Counted from the first letter of the stretch, positions 47,284 to 57,846 are shown. The stretch: DNA of 64,000 nucleotides from Candidatus Binatia bacterium (GCA_046757725.1 JBHHYU010000008.1:230-64229), one strand, 5' to 3'. The notes: generated by a model not told the origin, from the sequence alone. Numbers and translations: made by a program.

Positions 47284-48372
47284 CTAGATTTTTAACCGTC
47301 CGACATAACCGGTCATCTCCACGTAACCGAGGCCTCCTACGCGATGAGCTCGATAGGTCCCACGAATCTGTACGCTGCCTTCCCAATAAGTGATCTTCGT
47401 GCTCTTGCGGGTATCCAACTCCTGTCCGGGAAAAAAGGGAATAACCTCCAGACTAATCTTCTCACGGGGTATTGTCACCTTCCATTGCATCGGGTAATCG
47501 CCGCCGCTTTTAGGGCTCTTCCATCGCCTCAATGTTTTTATACGGAAGTCGCTGAGAGCAAGATGCCGGGTAGTACCATTCTTATAGACCAGGGTGCCGC
47601 TCGAGTACGGGTCCGGAGATCCATCTTTCCTTCGGATCAGGTAGAGCATGATTTCTGTCTCATTATCAAGTTGAATGCTGAACCAGTCCCACCCCACTTG
47701 ATCCTCTCTTAGCTGGTTGCTGCCAAACTCATGGTCCATCCAGCTTATTCCGTGCACTTTTTGTTTTCTTCCCCCGATCTCCAGCTCTCCTTCGCTCTGA
47801 AGGCGCGTGAATGAATAGTAGTAGGACGCTTTTCCTTCTCCTGCCCCTTTCTGGCTCAAGCCCTCCTTCCCGTGCAAAACCGGCGGCTTAAGGGAAGTTA
47901 ATTGTAATCGCAAAACATAATCCGGATCTTTCACCTCGATCACATGGCTTTTCCCTTTTCCCTCAATTTTCCAGTCCTCATTCCAAACTAAAAAACGGTG
48001 GACTGAGGCCCCCGCCTTCTTTTTGTATCCGCGATTCACTCTCTCGCGATACGAAAACTTTTTCTCTTGCAGATCTGAAAGGGCAAAGTGGGCCATGTAA
48101 AGCTCGGTAAAAAGTGGTGGAACCTTTTTCTCTTCAGTCTGCCTATCACGCAAGCCAAAGCGAAAAAAGGTTACCTGATAACCGTAAGTTTTTCCCGTTT
48201 CCGACTCCAGGTGACCGGTATAGTACCACCACTCGGTTTTAAAATTTGGATGGGAAAAATGGTCTCGAGGAAAAGAGATGCTTCTTCCGGGTAAAGCAAC
48301 TTGATACGTGAAAGCGGAGGCAAGAAAGAAAACACTTAGCAACCAAAGCACTGTCCATCGGTTCTGGGGCAT
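47284..48372 (-). CDS. Secreted lipocalin-like AttH/CrtC-family protein (carotenoid-1,2-hydratase-like fold)
   Basis: A signal peptide followed by the motif DHFSHPNFKTEWWYYTGHL, characteristic of AttH/CrtC hydratase-like proteins. Confidence 0.5.
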   Translation of the reverse strand: MPQNRWTVLWLLSVFFLASAFTYQVALPGRSISFPRDHFSHPNFKTEWWYYTGHLESETGKTYGYQVTFFRFGLRDRQTEEKKVPPLFTELYMAHFALSDLQEKKFSYRERVNRGYKKKAGASVHRFLVWNEDWKIEGKGKSHVIEVKDPDYVLRLQLTSLKPPVLHGKEGLSQKGAGEGKASYYYSFTRLQSEGELEIGGRKQKVHGISWMDHEFGSNQLREDQVGWDWFSIQLDNETEIMLYLIRRKDGSPDPYSSGTLVYKNGTTRHLALSDFRIKTLRRWKSPKSGGDYPMQWKVTIPREKISLEVIPFFPGQELDTRKSTKITYWEGSVQIRGTYRAHRVGGLGYVEMTGYVGRLKI

Positions 48373-48380
48373 GAAGAACC

Positions 48381-49721
48381 TCAGAGATAGGGATTGAGGA
48401 GACGGCTCACTTTCCGGCGGACTCTCTCGGCAACCTCCACCCGCCGGTAACGCTCACTTCCATCAGTGAGAGCCGTAGCATCAATTCCCACCCGGGTCAT
48501 AGTTTTGCCGTGAGCCGATGGATCGATAGCCATCGCCCTACCCCCCGGTTCTACCCACAGATTCTCATCTGCATGGAGGCGGGTAGAGAGGACCCACCAT
48601 AAATCTCCGCCACCCTCTAAGGAAACATCGGCATCAGCCACTACTACATTTTTGGCTATTGGAATAGCCTCCCAAAGTGCCCGGATTAGGGTTTTTACCT
48701 CCGCATGAGGCATCGGCCTAACCGCCGCCAGCACTGTGAGCCCTAAAGTGCGCGGGGGGAAATGGATCCGAACGAGTGAGGGAAATTTCTGCCTAAGATG
48801 CGAGAGGTTTTCAGCCTCCCAGAGAAACTCGATCAGAGTCGAATCTTCTTGGCTAAAAGGCACTAGAGCATGATAGATGGCATCTCTCCTGTGCATTACC
48901 GAGAAGATCCGCCCCACAGGGCTTTCGAAGGTCATATAATAGCCTGACGTTTCGCCAAACGGACCTTCGGTCTCTCTCACACCGGGGAGGATTTCGCCTT
49001 CCAAAACAAACTCCGCATGGGCTGGGACCTCCAAATCGGAGTTGAGACAACTAACTACCTCAATGGCCCTGGAGGCAAGAGCCCCGCCGACAGCGAACTT
49101 CTCCCCCTCTGGTAAGCGGATCACAGAGGAAAGAAAGGTCACCGGGTCGCAACCGATCACCAAGGCTATCGGTAGAGGCTGGGATCGAGCCTCGGCCTTG
49201 CGGAAATAGGCAGCAATAGGAGGATTGTTAAGTAGAATGCCGATCTTGTCTCCTCCTTTAAGCTGCACCCGGTGGATACCGCAGCTCAGTTTCCCCGATT
49301 CCGGGTCACGGGCAATAGCGATGGCACTGGTAAGATACGGTCCCGCGTCGCCCTCATGATGGATCAAGGCAGGAAGAAGCCGAGGGAGGTCAATGCTTTC
49401 CCGCTGGACGACTTCCATAATAGGTCCATCAGTGACTCTGATGGGTGGGATCAGCTCTTTTCGCCTTGCCCCATAAAAGGAGAGAAGATTCTCAGGGTTC
49501 CCGAAGGCTAGGGCGATTCTCCTGCGATTGCCAAGGAGGCTTCCGACAAGAGAAAAGGAATGACCCTCAACCTGCGAGAGGTGGAGTGCCTTCCCTGTCT
49601 TTTCCTCGACCTCACGGATTGCCGCAGAGATCTCTTGATTGCAAGAGACTCCAACAGGCACTTTTAGGACCTCTCCTTCAAGTTGAAGCAGATTGAGAAA
49701 TTCTCGCAGATCACGAAACAT
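48381..49721 (-). CDS. UbiD-family (prenyl-FMN-dependent) decarboxylase
   Basis: The hallmark motif EGPFGETSGYY and overall UbiD layout in a 446-aa protein. No UbiX homologue is adjacent. Confidence 0.7.
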   Translation of the reverse strand: MFRDLREFLNLLQLEGEVLKVPVGVSCNQEISAAIREVEEKTGKALHLSQVEGHSFSLVGSLLGNRRRIALAFGNPENLLSFYGARRKELIPPIRVTDGPIMEVVQRESIDLPRLLPALIHHEGDAGPYLTSAIAIARDPESGKLSCGIHRVQLKGGDKIGILLNNPPIAAYFRKAEARSQPLPIALVIGCDPVTFLSSVIRLPEGEKFAVGGALASRAIEVVSCLNSDLEVPAHAEFVLEGEILPGVRETEGPFGETSGYYMTFESPVGRIFSVMHRRDAIYHALVPFSQEDSTLIEFLWEAENLSHLRQKFPSLVRIHFPPRTLGLTVLAAVRPMPHAEVKTLIRALWEAIPIAKNVVVADADVSLEGGGDLWWVLSTRLHADENLWVEPGGRAMAIDPSAHGKTMTRVGIDATALTDGSERYRRVEVAERVRRKVSRLLNPYL

Positions 49722-49776
49722 ATCTGGCCTCGGGCATGGTTTGAGATACTAGCCAAGCGATGCTATAAGGGCACCT

Positions 49777-50607
49777 ATGGATGATGCAAAATACACCTGT
49801 GCGAAGTTACTCACAACCCCGGCAGAGCTGATAAAAAAGTTGGGACGCCCCGACCTCCGCCTTATCGATACCCGGCCGGCGGAAAGGTTTGCTCAGGGCC
49901 ACATCCCCGGTTCCATCCATTTCGACCTTTTTGGAATAAGCCTCGTTGACACCAGTCCTGCCCCGCTCAAAGCCTTCCTGTCAATGATACGTCATCTTTT
50001 TGAGTTGCGTGGTATAGACCTCGACAAGGAGGTTGTCTTCTACGAAGACGATTCGGGTATGCGGGCGGCCCGCGGGTTATGGTTTCTGGAGTACTTTGGT
50101 CACCAAAGAGTCCATGTGCTTGATGGCGGCATACACGCCTGGGAACGAGCCGGCTACCAGATCACGACCGATACTATCTCACCCGAGCCATCTCAACTGA
50201 TAACGGCAGAGAAACGCGATGTCCTGGCCACAGCCGATGATGTTTTGAGTTCTTTAAAAAAGAAGAGGGTGTGCATAATTGATACCCGTAGCGACGATGA
50301 GTATCTGGGCAGGAATATTCGAGCAGCGCGAGGCGGAGCGATTCCTGGGGCTATACATCTGGAGTGGGTTCAAAACCTTGATCCTTCGGGAAGATACAAA
50401 CCCAATACCGAGCTACGAGAACTCTATTTCAACATGGGGCTCACTCAAGACAAAGAGGTTATCACCTACTGCCAGGGGGGCTATCGTGCGGCCCATAGTT
50501 ATCTAGCCCTAAGACTCCTCGGTTATCCAAGAGTGCGCAATTATCTGGGCTCATGGAGAGAATGGGGGGACCGGCTGGACCTACCGATCGAGAAACCCTG
50601 GGAGTAA
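49777..50607 (+). CDS. Tandem-rhodanese thiosulfate/3-mercaptopyruvate sulfurtransferase
   Basis: Two rhodanese domains, with the active-site loop CQGGYRAAHS in the second. Confidence 0.7.
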   Translation: MDDAKYTCAKLLTTPAELIKKLGRPDLRLIDTRPAERFAQGHIPGSIHFDLFGISLVDTSPAPLKAFLSMIRHLFELRGIDLDKEVVFYEDDSGMRAARGLWFLEYFGHQRVHVLDGGIHAWERAGYQITTDTISPEPSQLITAEKRDVLATADDVLSSLKKKRVCIIDTRSDDEYLGRNIRAARGGAIPGAIHLEWVQNLDPSGRYKPNTELRELYFNMGLTQDKEVITYCQGGYRAAHSYLALRLLGYPRVRNYLGSWREWGDRLDLPIEKPWE

Positions 50608-50711
50608 ACTAAGCCTGTCTGAGCAAGTAGGCAGCGCAGCAGCTAGTAGCGAGGTCAGATACTGGCTACAGCAAACCTACTCGTCATCTCCCGGATTCTC
50701 GGAGGGGGGCA

Positions 50712-51092
50712 TTACGAACAGACAACGTAACTATACTGTAGCGCCCCCCGTAAGGCGACAACAGGAAGGAGCGCGCAGTTCACCCTGCTGCGTGCGGTGG
50801 TCCCCCCCAGGTTTTCTAAAACCTGCTGATCGCTAATCCGTATGATTGCAGCAGGTGTCAACCCTTCGAGAGACTCAAAAAGAATAGACGCCGACGCCTT
50901 GGCAATGGCGCACATCTCGCCGGAAAATTTAGCTTCCAGGACATCGCGCTCTTCTGTCCATCTAATCTCCACCCGGATGCGGTCCCCACATAACGGATTG
51001 ACATGCTCGAATTGGAGATCTGGGTTTGTAATCCTCCCAAATCGTTTTGGGTGTTTCGCATGGTTCAGGATTTTATCACTATACAAACTCAC
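50712..51092 (-). CDS. SufU/IscU-type Fe-S cluster scaffold (NifU N-terminal domain)
   Basis: The motif HAKHPKRFGRI...NPLCGDRI...GEMCAIAKAS and a C-terminal Cys give the three-Cys scaffold pattern. Confidence 0.7.
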   Translation of the reverse strand: MSLYSDKILNHAKHPKRFGRITNPDLQFEHVNPLCGDRIRVEIRWTEERDVLEAKFSGEMCAIAKASASILFESLEGLTPAAIIRISDQQVLENLGGTTARSRVNCALLPVVALRGALQYSYVVCS

Positions 51093-51132
51093 CGGGAACG
51101 TCCTGCGTGGCAGAGGAGAAAATACTGTTTCA

Positions 51133-52251
51133 TTACGAGGTGAGAATACCCTTTGCCGACCTCATGTTTCCACCCGTTCGACCGGTCCGCACCATGAGCA
51201 GCTCGCTCACCACCGCCACGGCCAGCTGTTCCGGAGTTTCTGCCCCAATATCGAGCCCAACAGGAATATGAATTCTGCCGATCTCGCCATCTTCGAAACC
51301 CATCTCTTTGAGCCTCCCGGCCAATGCCACTGCCCGCTTCCGGCTACCCAAAACCCCTATATATCTTGCATCGGACCGAAGCAACACCTTTAAGACCGGC
51401 AAGTCGTGTTTGGCCGCATGGGCGAGAAGCACCGCAAAACTAAACTTGTTAAATACTCGCTCTTGGGCGATCTCCCCCGGAAATCCCACTAGAATTTCGC
51501 TGGCGGTCGGAAAACGCTCCCGATTGGCAAAGATCGGCCTGCTATCGATGACATGGACACGAAATCCTACCTCGGCGCCAAGCCTAGCTACAGGTACCGC
51601 TACCTGACCCGCCCCGAAAACATAGAGATCGGGGCTATAATTAACAATATCAATGAATACTTCTACGGCGGCTGACTTCCCACTTACCGGTTTCCATGTG
51701 CTGTCCAGATCCAGTGATCGGGAAATTCCCTTGGACAATAGATCCTTTGCTACCCGCCAGGCCACCTGGTTGAGCCCTTCCTCGCCAAGGGAACCACAAG
51801 TCTCCCCTTCCGGAGTCACAATGGCCTTTGCGGAGATTTTAACCGAGGAAAGAGAAGAGCGGATAACGGTCAAAAGAGCGAAAGGATTCCCCGTACCTAT
51901 GAGACCCTTGATTCGACCGGAGAGGTCAGGCTCCATCCTGACCGGCTCGACTAAGACCCGTAGGGCTCCCGCACACGTCAGCCCGATCTCAAGCGCATCT
52001 TCTTCGCCGAGCTGCATCCGGAGGAGCTGTGGTATACCCGACCGAGCCACTTCCACTGAAGCCTCCATCACCTGGGAATCCACACAACCTCCGATGGTCA
52101 CTGCACCTTTAAGGCTCTGGCCTCCAATGACAAGCATCTTGGAGCCCTCTTTCCTTGGGGCCGTCCCCTCGGTAGCAACCACCGTAGCCAAACAGGCTTC
52201 AGAAGAACACTCCTCCGAGGCCTTCAGAAGATCATCAAGGAATTGTCTCAT
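51133..52251 (-). CDS. XdhC/CoxI-family molybdoenzyme maturation factor
   Basis: An N-terminal XdhC_CoxI domain (ATVVATEGTAPRKEGSKMLV) plus a C-terminal Rossmann-like XdhC_C domain. Confidence 0.7.
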   Translation of the reverse strand: MRQFLDDLLKASEECSSEACLATVVATEGTAPRKEGSKMLVIGGQSLKGAVTIGGCVDSQVMEASVEVARSGIPQLLRMQLGEEDALEIGLTCAGALRVLVEPVRMEPDLSGRIKGLIGTGNPFALLTVIRSSLSSVKISAKAIVTPEGETCGSLGEEGLNQVAWRVAKDLLSKGISRSLDLDSTWKPVSGKSAAVEVFIDIVNYSPDLYVFGAGQVAVPVARLGAEVGFRVHVIDSRPIFANRERFPTASEILVGFPGEIAQERVFNKFSFAVLLAHAAKHDLPVLKVLLRSDARYIGVLGSRKRAVALAGRLKEMGFEDGEIGRIHIPVGLDIGAETPEQLAVAVVSELLMVRTGRTGGNMRSAKGILTS

Positions 52252-52448
52252 CCGTAGCTGTTCTGCACAAAAATACGCCCCGCATGCAGAGAAACCTTAA
52301 CCGTAGTCATCCAGCTAGTTGTAGTTCCTCAATATTCGCTCAGCTTGTGTTTCGGCTACCTAGACTTCGCCTCTGGAGGTCTGCCGGTTTCCCGATCACT
52401 AAGGTTGCCTTGAAACAAAATATTCCTTCCCCGAATAGCAATCGAGTA

Positions 52449-53048
52449 TCACGAAGGTAAAGCAGAAGAGAGCTTCACGTAGTCTTCCCAGGTATCCATA
52501 TCGCCCGGAAAAGACCGGTCAACCTCGACCTCGCGCACCCACTCCGGATGGGTGGCCAGGAGCTTCCAGACCCCTTTGTCGCCGTGCAAGGCTTTGAGCT
52601 GTTCGAATAGCGCAGCCGCAAAGAGCATCGGGTGCCCCGAGCGACCACGATAGGAAACGCGCACAACCGGCGACTTCATCTCTTGCCAAACCCTCATCAC
52701 CGCAGCTATGGTCTCATGCTCTAACCCAGGCTGATCTGCCAGGATCAAAGCAGCTGCTTCTGCCTTCCGGTCGATCGCCTCAAGACCAGCTCGAATGGAG
52801 GCACTACAACCCTCATGGAAGTCGGTTGCCTCCACGAACCGGGCCCTTTTTACAGTCACGCTGCGCCGAACCTCTTCAGCCTCGTGACCAATCACCACCA
52901 CCACTTCATCAAGAGGCGAAGTCTCTACTTGCTTGATAACCCATTCCAGCACCGTCGTTCCACGCCAGGGAAGGAGTTGCTTAGTTCGTTTTCCAAGCCG
53001 ACTGGAAGTACCGGCAGCAAGAACCAGACCGGAAACAAACGCGCTCAT
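52449..53048 (-). CDS. MobA-like nucleotidyltransferase, molybdenum cofactor cytidylyltransferase (MocA-like)
   Basis: The motif LVLAAGTSSRLG is a GT-A nucleotidyltransferase signature. The gene sits inside the CODH cluster and overlaps the XdhC-YHS gene by 4 bp. Confidence 0.65.
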   Translation of the reverse strand: MSAFVSGLVLAAGTSSRLGKRTKQLLPWRGTTVLEWVIKQVETSPLDEVVVVIGHEAEEVRRSVTVKRARFVEATDFHEGCSASIRAGLEAIDRKAEAAALILADQPGLEHETIAAVMRVWQEMKSPVVRVSYRGRSGHPMLFAAALFEQLKALHGDKGVWKLLATHPEWVREVEVDRSFPGDMDTWEDYVKLSSALPS

Positions 53049-54028
53049 GCCTGCGTATCTGCCGGGAGATACTTTCGGGGGTCTTTTTCAAAGCTTTTCT
53101 TGCAGTGGCTATTGCAGAAATAATACATCGCATTTTGGAATCGGAAGCTGTGCCCCGCCGTCCGAGGATCGACGGTCATATGGCAAACGGGATCCTCTAC
53201 CAAGGCAGCCTTTGCCGGTGTTTCGGAGCTACGCTGCTCCGATGCATTCTTACCTCGGGTCCGCCGAAGAACAACGATTTCCGCCACGATGCTCAGTGCC
53301 ACCTCCTGGAAGGTTCGCGCGGAAATATCCAAACCCGCCGGCCCCTTAACCAACGCCAGTTTCTCCCTGGGAATTCCGTCTTCACACACGTGGTTAACGG
53401 TCTCTTTAAATCTCTTTTTGCTGGCCACAAGACCGAGATATTCTGGAGACAGACCTATTAGCCCTTTTACGGCCTCCTCGTCCCAATTTCCATTGGTAGC
53501 CACGACCGAGTACCGATCCCCCCTCTCCCCTAATTCCTTCTTATCTATTCGATTTAAAATGATGTCGGCATCGGGAAATCTTTCTTTTGTGGCGGCGGGA
53601 TCAATGAGAACGACCTTGAAGCCAACGGCTTTACCTATTTTCACCAGTGCTTCAGCAGCCGGTGAAACACCGCAAACTAGAAGTTCCGGCTCCGGAAGGT
53701 AGGGCTCTACGTAGATCTCCATCGTTCCACCGCTATAACAGCTCATCCGGTAGAGCTCAATTCCCTGCCGTGATTCCTCGTTTAGATTCGGGGTCAGCAC
53801 TACCAGCCTGGGCTCGCCATCCATGATGGCTTTCTGCGCTTCCTGTAGTACGGTGGGCTGGGCACAGGCCCCTCCAACCCACCCCAGAAAATCCCCAGCA
53901 GCGCTAATAATGGCTTTGTCCCCAGGCGCACCCGAAGTAGGTCGTTCTCTCCGGACGACAGTGGCAAGCGCGAACGGCTTTCCCTCAGCCAAAAGCTCGC
54001 TGGCCTTCTTTAAGACAGGGTTATTCAC
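53045..54028 (-). CDS. XdhC-family maturation factor with C-terminal YHS metal-binding domain
   Basis: An N-terminal XdhC_CoxI and Rossmann-like domain, then DPVCHMTVDP...HSFRFQNAMYYFCNSHCKKSFEKDPRKY, a textbook YHS domain. Confidence 0.65.
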   Translation of the reverse strand: MNNPVLKKASELLAEGKPFALATVVRRERPTSGAPGDKAIISAAGDFLGWVGGACAQPTVLQEAQKAIMDGEPRLVVLTPNLNEESRQGIELYRMSCYSGGTMEIYVEPYLPEPELLVCGVSPAAEALVKIGKAVGFKVVLIDPAATKERFPDADIILNRIDKKELGERGDRYSVVATNGNWDEEAVKGLIGLSPEYLGLVASKKRFKETVNHVCEDGIPREKLALVKGPAGLDISARTFQEVALSIVAEIVVLRRTRGKNASEQRSSETPAKAALVEDPVCHMTVDPRTAGHSFRFQNAMYYFCNSHCKKSFEKDPRKYLPADTQA

Positions 54029-54098
54029 GGGACCGCGCTAATGATAGCACGCAGACGAACTGCAAGAAAGGCTTTTCGCTTACAGCCTGCCTAGAATG

Positions 54099-56465
54099 CT
54101 ATTCAGCGGCCCCGTGATCATGGAGGCATTTCCAGACTTTGTCCGGTGTAACGGGGATATCAATGTGGCGCACCCCGAGATGCCAGAGGGCATCCACAAC
54201 AGCATTTACGATCGCTGCAGGGGCACCTACTGTGGCTGACTCTCCCACCCCTTTAGCACCTAGCGGATGATGGGGGGATGGCGTACAGGTTTTGTCGGTT
54301 TCCCATTTTGGCGTCTCCACGGCTGTGGGTAAGAGGTAGTCCATGAAGCTCCCTCCATGTATGTTGCCCTCGGCGTCGTAACTGATCTCTTCGTACATCG
54401 CAGGGGCAAGGCCCATTGTAAGGCCGCCGTGAATCTGCCCTTCTACAATCATGGGGTTGATGATATTGCCGCAGTCATCTACGGCCACGAAGCGCCGGAT
54501 CTTCACCTCCCCGGTGCCTTTGTCAATATCCACCACGCAAATATAGCTTCCGAAAGGGTAGGTGAGGTTCGGCGGATCGTAATAAGAGACCGCTTCAAGA
54601 CCTGCTTCCATGCCTTGTGGATGATTGGTATAAGCGGCGAAGGCAATCTCCTGAATCGTCTTCGCCTGGGAAGGATTGCCTCGTACGAAAAATTTCCCCG
54701 GCTCCCACTCGAGATCAGCCTCGTTGGCCTCCAGCAGGTGAGCAGCAATCTTTTTCGCCTTATCCCGTATCTTGCGTGCTGCCATCGCGCCTGCAGCCCC
54801 TGCCACAGGAGTGCTGCGGCTAGCATAGGTGCCTAGACCATAAGGAGCCGTGTCAGTATCCCCTTCTTCGACCGTGATGTGGTCTACCGGGATCCCGAGC
54901 TCTTCCGCAACAATCTGGGCATAGGTTGTCTCGTGTCCTTGCCCCTGAGACTTGGTTCCGAAACGGGCAATGACTTTGCCCGTAGGATGGATTCTAATCT
55001 CGGCGGAGTCAAACATTTTCAGGCCCAGGATATCAAAGTGTTTGGACGGACCGGCCCCCAGGATCTCGGTGAAGCTGGATACACCGATTCCCATGAACTC
55101 TCCCTTTTTCCGCTTCTCCGCTTGCTCCTTGCGGAGAGCGGCGTAGCCGATCTTTTCCATAGCCAAATCAAGGGCTCGTGAGTAGTTGCCGCTGTCATAT
55201 TCCCAACCTAAAGCTGACTTGTACGGGAATTGTTCGGCCTTGATGAAATTCTTCTTTCTAAAGTCGGTTGGATCCATCTTGAGTTCATGGGCCATAATGT
55301 CCGCCATCCTCTCGATGGCGTGAACAGCTTCGGTCACGCGGAATGAACAACGGTAGGCGATGCCACCGGGTGGTTTATTGGTATAGACACCGTCCACCTC
55401 TACATGAGCCGCTTTGAAGTCGTACGAGCCCGTACAAATGTGGAATAGTCCGGCTGGAAACTTCGACGGGTTAGCCGCTGCATCCGTGTAGCCGTGATCG
55501 GCTATGGTCTTCACGCGCAGTCCGGTAAGGGTCCCATCCTTCTTGGCCGCTAGCTCGCCGGTGATATGGTAGTCACGGGCGAAGGAATCGGCCTGGAGGT
55601 TTTCCATCCGATCCTCGATCCATTTTATCGGCAACCCGGTTACGACTGCGGCAGCGACAGCGATCACATAACCGGGATAGACCGGTACCTTTCCACCAAA
55701 GCCTCCACCGATATCCGGTGAGATAATGCGGATCTTTTCCTCCGAAAGCCCAACATGCCCTGCCACAAGCGCAAAGACGGTACGGATGGCATGGGGCGCC
55801 TGGGTTGTCATCCAGACCGTGAGCTTTCCACTTACCTTGTCGAACTGGGCTACGCAGCCCGGTGTCTCAATGGATGCCACATGAATCCGCGGGAGGTAGA
55901 TATCCTGCTTGACCTTGACATCCGCCTCCTTAAAAGCCTTCTCAGTAGCCGCCTTATCACCAACCTCCCAGTGCCAGATGTGGTTATCTTTCTTGTCCTT
56001 CTTGTCGGTCCGCAGCACCGGCGCCCCAGGCTCTAGTGCCTTGAAGGGATCCACGACCACCGGAAGCGGCTCATACTCCACTTCAACCGCCGCCACTCCG
56101 TCCGCAGCAATATAGCGGTCGGTCGCCACAACGGCAGCCACCTCCTGCGCCTGATACATGACCTTTTCCACGGGCAAAACCATCTGCGTATCCGACATGA
56201 GTGTCGGCATCCAGTGAAGATTATAGCCGGCCAGCGTCTCGCCGGTAATCACCGCCGCCACGCCCGGGATCGCAGTGGCCTTGGAAGTATCAATCTTCTT
56301 AATTTTGGCATGGGCATAAGGGCTCCGAACGATGTCTAAATAGACCATCCCCGGAAGCTTGACATCATCAATGTATGTCCCTTTACCACGGATGAACCGC
56401 GCGTCCTCCTTCCGCTTTACGGAGTGACCCATACCTCCGATTTCCGGGCTTGTTCGAGGCGCCAT
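54099..56465 (-). CDS. coxL: Aerobic carbon monoxide dehydrogenase large subunit, form I (Mo-Cu) active-site signature
   Basis: The xanthine dehydrogenase/CoxL-family Mo-binding subunit carries the loop GIAYRCSFR. Form I is characterised by AYxCSFR, whereas form II has AYRGAGR. It lies downstream of coxM-coxS. Confidence 0.75.
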   Translation of the reverse strand: MAPRTSPEIGGMGHSVKRKEDARFIRGKGTYIDDVKLPGMVYLDIVRSPYAHAKIKKIDTSKATAIPGVAAVITGETLAGYNLHWMPTLMSDTQMVLPVEKVMYQAQEVAAVVATDRYIAADGVAAVEVEYEPLPVVVDPFKALEPGAPVLRTDKKDKKDNHIWHWEVGDKAATEKAFKEADVKVKQDIYLPRIHVASIETPGCVAQFDKVSGKLTVWMTTQAPHAIRTVFALVAGHVGLSEEKIRIISPDIGGGFGGKVPVYPGYVIAVAAAVVTGLPIKWIEDRMENLQADSFARDYHITGELAAKKDGTLTGLRVKTIADHGYTDAAANPSKFPAGLFHICTGSYDFKAAHVEVDGVYTNKPPGGIAYRCSFRVTEAVHAIERMADIMAHELKMDPTDFRKKNFIKAEQFPYKSALGWEYDSGNYSRALDLAMEKIGYAALRKEQAEKRKKGEFMGIGVSSFTEILGAGPSKHFDILGLKMFDSAEIRIHPTGKVIARFGTKSQGQGHETTYAQIVAEELGIPVDHITVEEGDTDTAPYGLGTYASRSTPVAGAAGAMAARKIRDKAKKIAAHLLEANEADLEWEPGKFFVRGNPSQAKTIQEIAFAAYTNHPQGMEAGLEAVSYYDPPNLTYPFGSYICVVDIDKGTGEVKIRRFVAVDDCGNIINPMIVEGQIHGGLTMGLAPAMYEEISYDAEGNIHGGSFMDYLLPTAVETPKWETDKTCTPSPHHPLGAKGVGESATVGAPAAIVNAVVDALWHLGVRHIDIPVTPDKVWKCLHDHGAAE

Positions 56466-56467
56466 CT

Positions 56468-56947
56468 CTATCCTCCTTGCCGCAACTTCTCAGCGGCATA
56501 AAGAACGGACTTCACAATATTTACATAACCCGTGCAACGACAGAGGTTTCCGGATATCGCTACCCTGACCTCATCCTCGGTCGGACTTGGGTTCTCCTTC
56601 AGAAAGGCTGTTGCCGTCATCATCATACCAGGCGTGCAGAAACCGCATTGCAGTCCGTGCTCCTGCCAGAACCCCTCCTGGATAGGATTGAGTTTCCCGT
56701 CTTGTTCCAGCCCTTCAACCGTGGTGATCTCTCGACCATCCGCCTGGACCGCAAAGACCGTACATGATTTGACCGCTTTCCCGTCCAGAATCACACTGCA
56801 AGCCCCACAGTGGGACGTATCACAGCCTATGTGGGTACCGGTGAGGCCCAAGACATCCCTCAGGCAATGAACCAAAAGGAGCCTGGGCTCGACCTCAGCT
56901 TCCCTATCCGCCCCATTGACTTTGATACGGATCTTTTGTGTCGCCAT
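56468..56947 (-). CDS. coxS: CO dehydrogenase small subunit, 2x[2Fe-2S]
   Basis: A plant-type ferredoxin motif [11 protein letters not shown] plus the second-cluster motif [10 protein letters not shown] in a 159-aa protein. Confidence 0.85.
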   Translation of the reverse strand: MATQKIRIKVNGADREAEVEPRLLLVHCLRDVLGLTGTHIGCDTSHCGACSVILDGKAVKSCTVFAVQADGREITTVEGLEQDGKLNPIQEGFWQEHGLQCGFCTPGMMMTATAFLKENPSPTEDEVRVAISGNLCRCTGYVNIVKSVLYAAEKLRQGG

Positions 56948-56949
56948 GA

Positions 56950-57825
56950 CTAGATCCCTCCTCGAGCCCGATCCAGGGCACGGTTGAGCGCACGGACCGT
57001 AAGCACTCGGACCACATTCTTTTTATATTCCTCGGATCCTCGCCGATCCTCTATGGGTTGCGACGCCTCGGATGCCAGTTGCCCGGCACGTTTGATGGCT
57101 ACGTCGTCAATTTTCTTGCCCTGCAGCGCGTCTTCTGCTTTCTTCGGCTTCATCGGAGTCGAACCAACATTCGTAAGGCCGATCCCAACCCGTTCGCAAC
57201 TACCATTTTTTCCCAGAGTCAACTGGGCAGCCACTCCGACGGTAGCGAAATCACCCACTTTTCTCTCCAGTTTGAAATATGCCCCGCCGCTACCGGAGGG
57301 GGGGATCGGTATGCGAATTTCAGTGAGGATCTCATCGGACCCGAGAGCCGTATCAAATAGGCCGGTAAAGAAAGCCGTGATAGGAATCACCCGCTCGCCC
57401 TTGGACCCGGTAACTGCCAGCTCAGCCCCTATAGCCAACATGGTGGCCGGGTGGTCGTTGGCCGGATCTCCATGGGCGAGGTTTCCACCCACCGTGGCCC
57501 GGTTACGAACAAGCGGGTCCGCAATAACGGCGCTCGTGTCTAAAAGGATCGGATATTTTGAGCGTATCAGATCAGACTTTTCGAGTTCAGCTTCCTTGGT
57601 AAGGGCGCCGATCCTGAGAAAACCACCGGCCTCCTTGATATACTCCAATCCTGAGATCCGATTGATATCAACGAGATAACGCGGCCCAGCCAGACGCAAC
57701 TTCATCAGAGGAATCAGACTCATGCCGCCCGATAATATCTTCGCTTCCGTTCCATGGCGCTGCAGCAACCCGATGGCCTCATGCACGGTAGCCGGCGCAT
57801 AATAGTCAAAAGAGGGAGGAATCAT
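56950..57825 (-). CDS. coxM: CO dehydrogenase medium subunit, FAD-binding
   Basis: An FAD-binding PCMH-type domain ([15 protein letters not shown]) and a CO_deh_flav_C domain. Confidence 0.8.
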   Translation of the reverse strand: MIPPSFDYYAPATVHEAIGLLQRHGTEAKILSGGMSLIPLMKLRLAGPRYLVDINRISGLEYIKEAGGFLRIGALTKEAELEKSDLIRSKYPILLDTSAVIADPLVRNRATVGGNLAHGDPANDHPATMLAIGAELAVTGSKGERVIPITAFFTGLFDTALGSDEILTEIRIPIPPSGSGGAYFKLERKVGDFATVGVAAQLTLGKNGSCERVGIGLTNVGSTPMKPKKAEDALQGKKIDDVAIKRAGQLASEASQPIEDRRGSEEYKKNVVRVLTVRALNRALDRARGGI

Positions 57826-57846
57826 GACGTTGCCTCCTTACTGATT

